This document shows, in pieces, positions 26,278 through 36,103 of a DNA stretch of 64,000 bases. The translations under genes and the position numbers were made by a program. Each line of letters opens with the position of its first letter. Position 1 is the first letter of the stretch. The DNA lies in the IMG/VR virus record IMGVR_UViG_3300015262_000001, positions 164,598-228,597 of that record; one strand, written 5' to 3'. A model generated the notes under the pieces. The model saw nothing but the letters and a program-made list of their open reading frames with translations, did no database searches and was not told the origin of the DNA.

Positions 26278-28206
26278 TCAAATCATTTTAATTCGGCCAG
26301 GATAGGCGACGTTCGTTGGACGGGTTTCGTCACCACCGAAACCAGAAGTAACCCCAGGCACCCAAAGGGAGTAGTTGTTGTACCCACCGCCCATCATTTG
26401 CGTACCGAAACCACCAGCACCTGGAATGTTGTGGGTGTGATATTCGACTTGCCCGCCCTGCGTACTACCACCAGCACGACCGCTGTCAATCGGAGACCCT
26501 TCGCTCAGGAATCGTGGGAAACGACCACGAACTTCTGGACCACGGAACGTAGTGGCACCGTTACCTTGAGTCCAGCCGCCTTCTTTACCATTACGACCCG
26601 CTTCAGTGGTAAACATCCCCGACTGTTGAGCGTGATCCCACAGCCATGGAAGAGCAACCCGTGTCAGCACAGGACCGTTCATCGGACCCCAACCACCCGG
26701 GTTGAACGAGATGGTACTTTCCATTACTGGATGGCCCAACGGTGCGTTGTCATAACGACTCACCGGAATCCAGCCGCCATTCTCATCGCTTCTCAAATGC
26801 CAGTAGTCACCAGCACCCATGAGAATCAGGAATCCATAACCTTCAGCCCGCAGGTGAGTGTGGAACTTGATTTTGTCAGTTCCGGATGCAGCGACGGTGA
26901 GTGTGTTACTGGTATTGTCTTTACGACGAACGATGAAGTCGGTAATACCCAACGCTGGGTTAGAAAGAGGGAGCGTGACGGAGCGGTTACCTGCTCCTGC
27001 ATCAATGATGACAACACCCGCTTGCTCAGCGGTCAGGTCGGTGTTGACGTCGATATACGTAATAGTACCAACGCCACCGCCGGTTCCGGTACCCGGGTTG
27101 GAACCACCAGCATCCTTAACCAGGGTTACCGAGGTATTGATAGGTGCACTAACAGCGCCAATAGAATCGACCGCAGTAGCCGAAATAGTAACCAGTGTAT
27201 TATTCTGTACAGTTGGAGCTGCAAAGGTTACTTGTTCGTTTTCTGCGATGCCTGCGCTCTTGCTGAAAACAACAGTAGCGCCACCCGATTGAGTCAGTGT
27301 GTAGGTAACAGCCGAACCATCAGCGGCCACACCGCCTCTAATAGTAATAGTGTAAACAGTTGAACTACCCTGAACCGAGGAAGAAATGTTTAGTTCGGTT
27401 GGTGGAAGAGGAGCGTCACCGCCCGCACCCAAGTTCAAGGAACCGTCCGCCAGTTGACGAAGCGCTGTTTTCAACAGGTTAATAGTAACCAGAAGGTTGC
27501 CGCTATTACCCGCCAGATCGCTCGTAATACCCACGTCCATGTTGGGGGTCAGCGGGAGACCGATATCTGATTTAGAGGCAGAGTGCGCCTCGATCAATGG
27601 CAGCGAGATGTGCTCCTCCAACAACGACTTCAGCGTAACGCTTTGGCTGTTGTCGGTGACCGCCAGGATGAGACTCCTCAGTTGAGTCATCATCTCTTCG
27701 TAGTCATAGGTCTGATCAACGGGGTGATCATGCGGATCAGGTGGAAAATCCACTGGGATGGTGACCGGATCGAGGTCGGCCCAGTCAGCCACACGCGGCG
27801 AGTTGACGATGTTCGCTACCAGTTCAGCAAATGCCACTTCATTCAGCGTGAATGGCCCGCCAATGGTGTCGTACTTCGGAAGCAGTACATCACCGGCCTG
27901 TGGGCGCAGCATGATGATGGAACCGAAGCAGTTGCGGTTGTAGCCCGGGATAGCGGTACCGTTCTCTTGAACATAGCCGCCGATGAACCTGTCAAAGGAG
28001 TGACCGAAGCAGTAGTCGTAGCCCAGGATCAGGGGATCAACACTGCCCTGACGAAAGAGTTGGAAGTTACGACTGAAGAAAGGCGCCGCACGAGGAACAA
28101 ATTCTACCCGACCGGTTGCAAAGTCCGCGGTCTTGATGGTCTCGGATGTGATGCGGTTATTGACGTTTTGTTGGAAGGGGTTCCATTGGTAAACAATGTT
28201 GGCCAT
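26278..28206 (-). CDS. tail fibre with Ig-like domain and phage tail collar domain (642 aa)
   Basis: N-terminal anchor shared with the paralogues (PRAAPFF...LGYDY); collar motifs GW..NG...R...LW, TFRGPEVRGRF, HTH and ETRPTNVA. Confidence 0.88.
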   Translation of the reverse strand: MANIVYQWNPFQQNVNNRITSETIKTADFATGRVEFVPRAAPFFSRNFQLFRQGSVDPLILGYDYCFGHSFDRFIGGYVQENGTAIPGYNRNCFGSIIMLRPQAGDVLLPKYDTIGGPFTLNEVAFAELVANIVNSPRVADWADLDPVTIPVDFPPDPHDHPVDQTYDYEEMMTQLRSLILAVTDNSQSVTLKSLLEEHISLPLIEAHSASKSDIGLPLTPNMDVGITSDLAGNSGNLLVTINLLKTALRQLADGSLNLGAGGDAPLPPTELNISSSVQGSSTVYTITIRGGVAADGSAVTYTLTQSGGATVVFSKSAGIAENEQVTFAAPTVQNNTLVTISATAVDSIGAVSAPINTSVTLVKDAGGSNPGTGTGGGVGTITYIDVNTDLTAEQAGVVIIDAGAGNRSVTLPLSNPALGITDFIVRRKDNTSNTLTVAASGTDKIKFHTHLRAEGYGFLILMGAGDYWHLRSDENGGWIPVSRYDNAPLGHPVMESTISFNPGGWGPMNGPVLTRVALPWLWDHAQQSGMFTTEAGRNGKEGGWTQGNGATTFRGPEVRGRFPRFLSEGSPIDSGRAGGSTQGGQVEYHTHNIPGAGGFGTQMMGGGYNNYSLWVPGVTSGFGGDETRPTNVAYPGRIKMI

Positions 28207-28264
28207 TTCAAAGCTCCAAGGTGCAGTAAAAAGGGCATCTTATGACCTGCCCCCACATAGTGAT

Positions 28265-28296
28265 ACTAGTCTCTACAGTAGCCTGTAGAGACTAGT
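28265..28296. terminator. 14-bp stem hairpin between divergent genes
   Basis: ACTAGTCTCTACAG-TAGC-CTGTAGAGACTAGT followed by TTTTT. Confidence 0.6.
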
Positions 28297-28327
28297 TTTT
28301 TCATAGAATCGTAAGGAGTCTAGCCCA

Positions 28328-29566
28328 ATGTATACGTATAAAAGGGCGGTCGGGATTAACCGACTGATCCCCAGAGGAGAAGAACTTTTAGACATCAGTG
28401 CTATTCAAACAAAGGACCTTTTCACCAAGTTTGATAATCTGATCATTGTGATTACTGATGAACTGGCCTTTCAGGATGTTGCTCTGGACACGTCGTACTA
28501 TCAGAATCAGCTCACTTCCTTTACCGGGGTGATTCAGGATTGGTTGACCGCTAACGCCAGTGTCCCACTGATCACCTCGAATACGCTGCCGGGTTCCGAA
28601 TACCGTTTCGTTACCTGCCATGACATTCAGTACAAATGGTTCTCTCTATTACCAGGTGATGCTAGCCGCGGTGATGAGCATCAGGACTTGTTGAACACCA
28701 GCAATGCTCCGGACATTCGGGTTACCAAAACCGACGGTACTGCTGTTGAATACGACAAGCTGGTCAATCGTTCTCTGTGGACGGTTAACAACCACCTGGT
28801 ACGGGCTGTTGAAGGCAGCGACTGTATCTACCTGCTGAATGCCGGTAAACACTTCAACGTGAACGATAACATTCACGTGACCAGTCTGAACTTCAACACA
28901 GTGTCTGAACTGAAGACTTACCCGATCACACCGGAGATGATCCAGTTCGAAGACCATGATACGTATCGTTTCCTGCATATCACCTCACCAGTCTCCCTTA
29001 AAGGCAAGACAGTGTGGGCATCGATTGGGGGTCGCCTCTACCTCAACGATATCTTGCAGGTACGGGGTGAGAACTCCATGGCGGTGAATACCGAGATGGT
29101 CGATTGGTTCTCCCGGGTCTTTGACTCTAAAGACTGGATCAGCATGGACGGCATCATCAAGCCAGAGCGCCAGGTCGTACCCGAGGACTTCTTCAACACT
29201 GAGGACTTCTTCACCAAGCTCCTGACCGACCCTTCAAGCTTCTTGATTGTGTTGGACAACCCTCATCTCTACACAGAGGTTAAGCCACTGGTTGTTTACC
29301 AGTATCCCTTTACGTACCACACAGAAGAAACTCGCCCACTTCCTTTTATCACAGGTGGCGGTCTCCTTCCTAAGTACTTCACGCGCAAGATCATCAACAG
29401 GAGACTTCTCGACTTAGACATCGGGACTCAACGGAAATACCTCAACGAAACAACCGGTACCTATAACGAAGGCCATGTCTTCCACGGGTACACCAACCGA
29501 TATAAACCAAGTGCTCTTCACACAGGGTATTTTCTTTACATACGTGGTCTGATTCAAGAGGACTAA
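28328..29566 (+). CDS. conserved virion structural protein (412 aa)
   Basis: AAGGAG SD; resembles the phiKZ-like structural proteins that neighbour tail-fibre genes. Confidence 0.75.
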   Translation: MYTYKRAVGINRLIPRGEELLDISAIQTKDLFTKFDNLIIVITDELAFQDVALDTSYYQNQLTSFTGVIQDWLTANASVPLITSNTLPGSEYRFVTCHDIQYKWFSLLPGDASRGDEHQDLLNTSNAPDIRVTKTDGTAVEYDKLVNRSLWTVNNHLVRAVEGSDCIYLLNAGKHFNVNDNIHVTSLNFNTVSELKTYPITPEMIQFEDHDTYRFLHITSPVSLKGKTVWASIGGRLYLNDILQVRGENSMAVNTEMVDWFSRVFDSKDWISMDGIIKPERQVVPEDFFNTEDFFTKLLTDPSSFLIVLDNPHLYTEVKPLVVYQYPFTYHTEETRPLPFITGGGLLPKYFTRKIINRRLLDLDIGTQRKYLNETTGTYNEGHVFHGYTNRYKPSALHTGYFLYIRGLIQED

Positions 29567-29571
29567 ACCAC

Positions 29572-30120
29572 ATGGGTGCGGAGATCAAAGATATGTTCTT
29601 CACGGATAAGTTACGCGGCATCGTCAGCACGTTGTTCATGCTGATCATTCTTGTACTGATTGCAGGTAGCTGGGCATTCCCTCGCCAGACCTCCAGCAAC
29701 CTCGACGAGAAGTCGCTTACCACTCTCCAGGAAGTTAGCAAGCAGCTTAAGAGTGCGGCTGACAATTTCGAACGGCAAGCTAACGAGTCGGCTCAGCTCA
29801 GGGATACCCTGAACCGAACGCTTGATTTGCAAAAAGGTGAACGTGATGATGTTTATGTCAAAATGCTTCAACGGTACGGGTTGGACCCTGACCAAATTGA
29901 TCCCGCGGGTGGTGGTAGGGCTGATCGGGCTCCTGCTTCCACTATTATTAATGTCGGGGTGCTCTCACCAGACGACGGTAAACGAAGCATCGACATATCT
30001 TCAGGCTCAAGCAATACAGGTGGAAATCGACAGCTACAGGTCCCAGCTGGAAAGAACAAGGACAGAGCTAACGAAAGTCCTACCTCAGTTCCAGAAGGCC
30101 GACCCGAACCCACCCATTAG
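29572..30120 (+). CDS. i-spanin (Rz-like)
   Basis: Single N-terminal TM (IVSTLFMLIILVLIAGSWAF) followed by a coiled coil; overlapped by a lipoprotein ORF. Confidence 0.75.
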   Translation: MGAEIKDMFFTDKLRGIVSTLFMLIILVLIAGSWAFPRQTSSNLDEKSLTTLQEVSKQLKSAADNFERQANESAQLRDTLNRTLDLQKGERDDVYVKMLQRYGLDPDQIDPAGGGRADRAPASTIINVGVLSPDDGKRSIDISSGSSNTGGNRQLQVPAGKNKDRANESPTSVPEGRPEPTH

Positions 30121-30436
30121 CCTGACGGCTCCCCTGACAGCCTTCCTTGAAGACAACGACTGCCTTAAGGCAAGCGACAAGGATTATTGTTACAAGGTAA
30201 CTGTGACTCAGCTGATCTTGACGACACAAAAGCTGGATCAACAGAACCTTGATAGCTGGGCTGCCAAACAAACGATTGCACAGTTGGTATCGAATATCAA
30301 CTTTATCATCTCCGGGCTGGAGAAAAAGAGTGACTCCCTGACACCCGCTGGGGTAAAGGCAGCTATTCAGAAAGCGATTGTGCCGTCAACTCCACCTCCT
30401 ATCCAGGGGCCTCCTCCGGATAAACCACCGCAGTAA
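29846..30436 (+). CDS. o-spanin lipoprotein (Rz1-like)
   Basis: AAGGTG SD, hydrophobic signal ending LLLMSG|C, Pro-rich C-terminus; in the +1 frame within the i-spanin 3' half. Confidence 0.75.
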   Translation: MMFMSKCFNGTGWTLTKLIPRVVVGLIGLLLPLLLMSGCSHQTTVNEASTYLQAQAIQVEIDSYRSQLERTRTELTKVLPQFQKADPNPPISLTAPLTAFLEDNDCLKASDKDYCYKVTVTQLILTTQKLDQQNLDSWAAKQTIAQLVSNINFIISGLEKKSDSLTPAGVKAAIQKAIVPSTPPPIQGPPPDKPPQ

Positions 30437-30444
30437 CGCAGCAA

Positions 30445-30486
30445 CAATGGAAGTAATGGGTAGTAATGGGATGTAATGCGTAATAG
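30445..30486. repeat. short GTAATG repeats at 10-bp period
   Basis: GTAATG at 30453, 30463 and 30473, plus GTAAT at 30480. Confidence 0.7.
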
Positions 30487-30520
30487 CCTAACCAGGAGCC
30501 TTTAGGGGCTCCTGGTTAGG
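30487..30520. terminator. bidirectional terminator between convergent genes
   Basis: 14-bp stem CCTAACCAGGAGCC/GGCTCCTGGTTAGG. Confidence 0.75.
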
Positions 30521-30535
30521 TATATGTTTGCTACA

Positions 30536-31264
30536 TCAGTATTGCGGTGCTACAGGTGCAGGCGGTGGAGCAGGTGGAGGTGTCTCTGGTCTCTCGTTAT
30601 CTGAAGAGCGACGATTCCTGTCTTGATCCGGATTAGAGATAAAACCAGACATGGCGTTCTTCAGACGATCTTGCACACCATGTACTTGCATGATGGTAGA
30701 GATAGTCTTGCTGGAGTTCATGAACGTCCATGCCACCACAATAGGACCGACGTTGGCAATGAACATGGTGGTCTCGGAAGGCCAGCCGTGTCCACTGTTT
30801 ACCGACATGTAAGTGGTGTAAGCGTTTACGATAGCGATGATGCAAGTGGTTACCGCAGCCAGAATACCGCCAGCATTACGCAGCATTACTGACCACATAC
30901 CAAAGACTTCACGCTCAATCCCTACAGGCGTGACCGTACGGGTTACCTTCTTGACCATCTGAGCCTCTCCAGCCCCCGTAGGAGCTGTTTGCTCATCCAA
31001 CACTGATGCCAGGGCACCTTGGTCATTCATGGTGCCTGTAGGCTCTTCCAGAGTGACCGGTACTTCTTCGGTTACTGTCTTGGTTACAGAAGACCGAGCC
31101 CGACCGCTGACCATATCGATGCGATCAAGGAGTTCATTCACCAACCCACTAACACGCTCATCCATGTGGCTGATGCGTTGTTCTATTCTTTCCTCGAAAG
31201 AGGTGGATGTAGACGGCTGTGTGTTCTCCTCCTTCCTTACAGGTTCTTCAGTGCTCATTTCCAT
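30536..31264 (-). CDS. two-TM membrane protein, holin candidate (242 aa)
   Basis: Acidic N-terminal half, two hydrophobic helices and a Pro-rich tail; adjacent to the spanins. Confidence 0.5.
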   Translation of the reverse strand: MEMSTEEPVRKEENTQPSTSTSFEERIEQRISHMDERVSGLVNELLDRIDMVSGRARSSVTKTVTEEVPVTLEEPTGTMNDQGALASVLDEQTAPTGAGEAQMVKKVTRTVTPVGIEREVFGMWSVMLRNAGGILAAVTTCIIAIVNAYTTYMSVNSGHGWPSETTMFIANVGPIVVAWTFMNSSKTISTIMQVHGVQDRLKNAMSGFISNPDQDRNRRSSDNERPETPPPAPPPAPVAPQY

Positions 31265-31842
31265 ACTCCAAAGTTCTTGGCAATCTGGATCGCACGATAG
31301 AGGGTAACCGCCCCAGCATCGATGGTGTGTTCATCCGCTAAAGTGAGGTCAATGCCGTTCCAATCCAACAGGGGGAATTCCAACAACCCTTTACGGACAT
31401 CTTCCTTTTGAGTGCCTCTGAAGTTAGCACCCACTACTGCTTTGGCCAAGTTGGGGAGCACCATACTCACATGGATGCCTCGTTCAATATAGCCACCGGT
31501 CAGCAACCCCACAAACTGAATCAACTGCTTGAAGGTTAATGCGGACATCCCCAGGAAGTTATCTTCGCAGATACCGGTATCTGGGTTAAAGATATCAATC
31601 AGGGTATTGTTAGCACGTGCCAATCCATAGCTGCGTGCCATGACACTCGTGCCAGCAGTGTCGTCGTATTGCGCTGGAATATCGTAGATACACTTGTCGC
31701 CGTAAATCGTGTTCGCATACACCAGTTTAAAAGGGGCAGGCTCAGCGATGTTAACATCTACGATAAACGCCCCCATATTTGTAGTGGACGGGTCGTTTCC
31801 TTGGACCCGTACCGCTTTGGGGGACTTTACGTCCTCATGCAT
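31255..31842 (-). CDS. RuvC-like Holliday junction resolvase
   Basis: RNase H-fold acidic set: GNDPSTTNMG, ICED, KEDV and EHTIDA. Confidence 0.8.
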   Translation of the reverse strand: MHEDVKSPKAVRVQGNDPSTTNMGAFIVDVNIAEPAPFKLVYANTIYGDKCIYDIPAQYDDTAGTSVMARSYGLARANNTLIDIFNPDTGICEDNFLGMSALTFKQLIQFVGLLTGGYIERGIHVSMVLPNLAKAVVGANFRGTQKEDVRKGLLEFPLLDWNGIDLTLADEHTIDAGAVTLYRAIQIAKNFGVWK

Positions 31843-32444
31843 ATAAATCCTTTTTGTTGGCCGTGCAAGATCTCGATAACAGCCACCATTGGTGACGGAT
31901 CCATCGGGAACTCTGCTGGCGCATCTTCACTTGGGCCTTTGTAGACCAATCGGAAGCCACCCACCGCGTTCTCGCCCAGAGTGCCGGAAACCCAGCCACC
32001 GAGAAATTGATACGCATTGAGCAGGGTCTTCAGATCAAAGGCCGCGTTGTTGTCGGTTCCAGTAGTGGGGTAAGTACTACCCGACCCCACCATATCCAGG
32101 AACTCCAGTTCTACCGCAGAGCCCAGTACAATGACAGGGCCCATCAACTCTGCTACTTCAACTTCACCAACCAGAGGATTGCTCAGTGTGAGCGATGGTT
32201 CCACCTGAGTAGGAACGACCTGGGAGGCTTTGTTGACGAAGGAAGCAACCACTTCTCGCGAATAGGGTTCGATCAAATCGATCTGGAGAGTCAACTCATT
32301 GTTCCAGAAGGCTTGTGACTTCTTGAAGAGTTTAGGATCCAGTGTCGTCTGATAGAATCCGTTCGCCAGTGTAATTGCCTCGTCACTTGTCATGCTGGGT
32401 GTCAATGGAACATGAGCACCCTTAAGGATTTCGGGAAACTCCAT
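31827..32444 (-). CDS. hypothetical protein (205 aa)
   Basis: AAGGAGG SD; operonic position. Confidence 0.75.
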   Translation of the reverse strand: MEFPEILKGAHVPLTPSMTSDEAITLANGFYQTTLDPKLFKKSQAFWNNELTLQIDLIEPYSREVVASFVNKASQVVPTQVEPSLTLSNPLVGEVEVAELMGPVIVLGSAVELEFLDMVGSGSTYPTTGTDNNAAFDLKTLLNAYQFLGGWVSGTLGENAVGGFRLVYKGPSEDAPAEFPMDPSPMVAVIEILHGQQKGFICMRT

Positions 32445-32453
32445 GAAGCCTCC

Positions 32454-33389
32454 TTAAACCCCAGTAGTGGCGTTGGTGTGCATCAGCATTGGTTCGCTAG
32501 CACCGTGGTCGAATGCGTATTGGATACGCACGTTGTTCAGTGCAGCACGTGCATCGCGCTCGGTGATGTAGTGAGCATAAACAGCACTCAGTACTTCATC
32601 GTAACGAATGGTTGCACCTTGACCAATAGAACCGTCGGTCTTGGTGTCGATGCCGTAGGCAACACCCACTTCGTTTGGAGCGGCCAGGCTGGCGTCGCCG
32701 TACTTGACGCGGCAGGCGTTTTCCATTTCACGCAGGTCGGTTTGATCCAACGAGCAGTCCAGGATAGCCGAGTTGTTCATGTACTGGTTGCTGATCGGAA
32801 CCGAACCAGTACTGGTGAAGTCCACAGGCTGAGGATTGAACAAGTCATCCTTAACCGGGATATACGGCACAGGTGTTTCGTTGTTGTCTTCGTCACGGGT
32901 GATCACAACCACTTGTGGGTTGTAGCTGGCGAAGTTGATAACCTTCAACCAGTAGAACGCGTAAGCCACGCCGTTGATGTCTTCAACAACACGCATGCGA
33001 TACTTCGCACGGTTAATGTTGTTGAGGTCAGCATCCACCGGACGGCAGATAAACGGAATCGGCACGAACAGGTTGCCGTCTTTTGGCTGGTGCTGGTTGA
33101 CTTTCAGCAAGGTAGTGCCCAGACCGGTTTTACCGATGGCGTCAGAGCCACGGATACCGAGACCGAAATACTTCAGGCTGAAGTCTTCACCATTCTTAAC
33201 GCCGATGGATTCTTCTGCCAGTATGTCATGGAACTCGTTGAGGGTGGTCCACTGTGGGAGGGTGAAGTTTTGTTTGGTGTTAGAGCACTTTGCAATCAGC
33301 CCGCCCCAGGCTGTGTTCGTCACCGACTGGGTAGGAACCTCAGAGCGGTTCTGGTCTTGAAGTTCGGTTGCAGAGAGAGCCATAATCAA
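32454..33389 (-). CDS. conserved virion structural protein (311 aa, phiKZ gp127-like by position)
   Basis: Conserved LKYFGLGIRG and HQPKDGNLFVPIPF..RP motifs; syntenic with the portal block. Confidence 0.7.
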   Translation of the reverse strand: MIMALSATELQDQNRSEVPTQSVTNTAWGGLIAKCSNTKQNFTLPQWTTLNEFHDILAEESIGVKNGEDFSLKYFGLGIRGSDAIGKTGLGTTLLKVNQHQPKDGNLFVPIPFICRPVDADLNNINRAKYRMRVVEDINGVAYAFYWLKVINFASYNPQVVVITRDEDNNETPVPYIPVKDDLFNPQPVDFTSTGSVPISNQYMNNSAILDCSLDQTDLREMENACRVKYGDASLAAPNEVGVAYGIDTKTDGSIGQGATIRYDEVLSAVYAHYITERDARAALNNVRIQYAFDHGASEPMLMHTNATTGV

Positions 33390-33396
33390 AAATCCC

Positions 33397-33798
33397 TTAT
33401 AGTCGGGTTATGCGGAAACTGTTTTTAAAGCGCATAGAATCTGGGGCTAATGTCACCACCACTGCGCTTTTTTCCAGAGTTAAATAACGAATGTCGTCGG
33501 CCAGAAGACGATGGCCTGTAAAGCGATACACCCAATCTGCAATGAAACCTTTATTGGGGTTACTCTCGAGCTGTAGCCGGTACTCTGAGGGGATGTCCAA
33601 CGCACGGTGAGCAGTTAGACCACTCATATCCGTGCGCTGGTAGACATACACCTGACCAGCACTGCCGTCTTCAACATAGAACACGGGATCACCGTTAGGT
33701 TGTACCTGTGAAAAAGACAGGTTAACCTTACTGCTATCCTTGATTCTGTTGTCTTCACAGTAACGTTGTTTAACCAACGCCAAGACTTTTCTGTTCAA
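33397..33798 (-). CDS. small putative virion protein (133 aa)
   Basis: YQRTDM...G..L...DI...VVVTL..DS..F..SF pattern, similar to 58982-59467. Confidence 0.65.
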   Translation of the reverse strand: MNRKVLALVKQRYCEDNRIKDSSKVNLSFSQVQPNGDPVFYVEDGSAGQVYVYQRTDMSGLTAHRALDIPSEYRLQLESNPNKGFIADWVYRFTGHRLLADDIRYLTLEKSAVVVTLAPDSMRFKNSFRITRL

Positions 33799-33808
33799 GG
33801 TACTGTCC

Positions 33809-36082
33809 TCAGAGATCGCCGTTAGGTTTCAGATCACCGTAGTAGGTGCGAGGGATTACCTTAGGCGGGATCACCGGATCAGCTTCAGGCTCAAGAGCAC
33901 CGTAGTACGTTCCAGGGATCACGTATTCCTCAGGGAAGAGGTCTCCGTAATAGGTTCCAGGAATAACCAAAGGATCCAGCGCACCATCTGGCAACATACG
34001 GAAATAGCTGTTGTCATACAGCTTAAGCGCATACGTTGACAGACTGTTGTTCAGGTTAGTTGGCTTGATAAAGTCATGCGTGATGATATCAATCTTCATC
34101 TCGCTATCAGCCACCAGCACCGGATCCGGATTACTGATGATCGGGATGTTGGCTTCCAGGGCATGGATGGAGTCCATGTTGGAATGCTGGGTAATCATGA
34201 CGTTTTTAAAGTCGCCGTAACTACCGTTACCGACACCCACCCAACGAGAGTCACCTATAAAGGTTTCGTTGATCAGTTCAGTTTGGTCCGTACCGTCATT
34301 GATGTCTTTCACGATATGGATCGTGTAGGACGACAACTCAGACATGATGTCAATCAGATCGCTCTGCTTAACCCGTGTCGACGGTGTCTGGTTGGTATCC
34401 CAGCCGGTAACCCGTTTGAAGATGTCCCAGGAGAAGTTACGCGCCTCTTCGGCAGTGTAATCGGTGAAGTCCAACTCGTAAGCTTTAAGCAGCGAATCGT
34501 AGTCACCATAGCCGGTCAGGTTGATGATACCCGAATCGTACATCAGTTTGCAGCTGTTCTTCACCCGGGCTCTTTTGTTCAGATCGTAGAACTGACTGTA
34601 GAGCTTCTTATGTTTCCACATGGTGCTGTAAACTTCTGTGGCGTACTGGATCAGATAATCCGGGGCCAGGAAGGGGGCTACAGGAAACCAGAGCTTTTGG
34701 ATGTCAGCAGCAACATACGGACGAATGAAATCGGGGCCGCCGATCTCAATGATCTCTTCGATAGTCGGGGCTTTAAGCTTCAGAACGTTATGGTAGTAAG
34801 CCGGTTCGATAACCAAAGGATTTTGCCCCTTGGCGTATTCTACCAGGTACTTCCAAATGTAATAGGCGTCTCCCACGGGCAATCGGTACTGCTTGCCGCT
34901 CTTGGGGTCGACCGTAATCACCTTGCCGTTGAAGACCTTTTTACCTGCCAGATAAATCCACTCGTTGTACACCACCTTCATCAATGTATCGACGTGACGG
35001 TTAGTGTAGTCCATCATGGACGATTCAAGCGCTTTGGTAGGCAACTCAGAGTGAAGGCTGTACCGCCCCTTAACGATGGCATCATCCAGATAGAAATCCG
35101 TCTGATCGTAGTTGTCCTTGGCCATGATCTGTTGCTTCATGATCATAGCCTGGGTGTCAATGAACGAAGCAGTGCGTCCGTAGACCTCTACCAGGTTCAT
35201 TTGCATACGACGGTACAGTGGCGTAGGGGTCAGGTCTTCCAACTGCGTTTCAGTCGACGAAACCATGTCAAACCGAGCAAGAGGAATACTTGCCTTGGTC
35301 AACAGGTTCTTCATCAACTTGTCAAATGTGTACTGCTGACCTGGGTTATTACGTATCCAAGCAATATTACGAAACAACCACATCGTTTGTTCATTGCTGA
35401 GGCTGTTCTTGTATTGCGAGAAATTGCCGAATGAATCGATATGGCTCCAGATGAAGAAATCATGGGTATGACGCGTGTAACAGTCTTCCAGTCGAATGGC
35501 TTCGATGGTACCAATGAGGAAAGCGTAAAGCTTTTCAATCATCCATGGCAGGAACAGGTCATCAGTAACGACATAGTCATTATTGATCGATTGCCTTAGA
35601 TCGCTATTGACAGCCAGCTGTAATTTCGGGAGCAGCTGCTCTTCGTTCCAAAGCACCAGGTTCTTGTTATAGCGCAGAATCTTATAGTCTTTGGCCGCAA
35701 TGGTTTCAGAGTACGGGATCGGTGCAAGTATGCCGTTAATCAAGGCAGTCTGCCCTGGGTATACGTCGGCTAGACGGTTAAACCAATACCCGCCTTTGCT
35801 GTACTCTCGATTTGTTGCGAGGTGCAACTTCAGATTATCTTTGTTGAAAACAATCCGTTCACCAGTATCAATGGAGTTGATCCACATTACTTCATCAGTA
35901 GGGTGGTAATCCCCATTGAGGTTCATGTAATAACGCCATGTCGTTTTGTCCGAAGATACGGAATACCCAGCGTTAGTCAACACCAGGTTATCTCGTTCGG
36001 CCAAGGCCTCGATTTTGATAACCATGGTTCGAACTAGGCTGAAAGTGTCCGAGTGATACTTATCCAGATCGACACTATTCAT
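33809..36082 (-). CDS. conserved virion structural protein (757 aa, phiKZ gp128-like by position)
   Basis: TWRYYMNLNGDYH and LTNEQ-type motif region; divergent from the portal as in phiKZ-like phages. Confidence 0.75.
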   Translation of the reverse strand: MNSVDLDKYHSDTFSLVRTMVIKIEALAERDNLVLTNAGYSVSSDKTTWRYYMNLNGDYHPTDEVMWINSIDTGERIVFNKDNLKLHLATNREYSKGGYWFNRLADVYPGQTALINGILAPIPYSETIAAKDYKILRYNKNLVLWNEEQLLPKLQLAVNSDLRQSINNDYVVTDDLFLPWMIEKLYAFLIGTIEAIRLEDCYTRHTHDFFIWSHIDSFGNFSQYKNSLSNEQTMWLFRNIAWIRNNPGQQYTFDKLMKNLLTKASIPLARFDMVSSTETQLEDLTPTPLYRRMQMNLVEVYGRTASFIDTQAMIMKQQIMAKDNYDQTDFYLDDAIVKGRYSLHSELPTKALESSMMDYTNRHVDTLMKVVYNEWIYLAGKKVFNGKVITVDPKSGKQYRLPVGDAYYIWKYLVEYAKGQNPLVIEPAYYHNVLKLKAPTIEEIIEIGGPDFIRPYVAADIQKLWFPVAPFLAPDYLIQYATEVYSTMWKHKKLYSQFYDLNKRARVKNSCKLMYDSGIINLTGYGDYDSLLKAYELDFTDYTAEEARNFSWDIFKRVTGWDTNQTPSTRVKQSDLIDIMSELSSYTIHIVKDINDGTDQTELINETFIGDSRWVGVGNGSYGDFKNVMITQHSNMDSIHALEANIPIISNPDPVLVADSEMKIDIITHDFIKPTNLNNSLSTYALKLYDNSYFRMLPDGALDPLVIPGTYYGDLFPEEYVIPGTYYGALEPEADPVIPPKVIPRTYYGDLKPNGDL

Positions 36083-36103
36083 AGTTTAACTCGTGAGGTT
36101 TAT

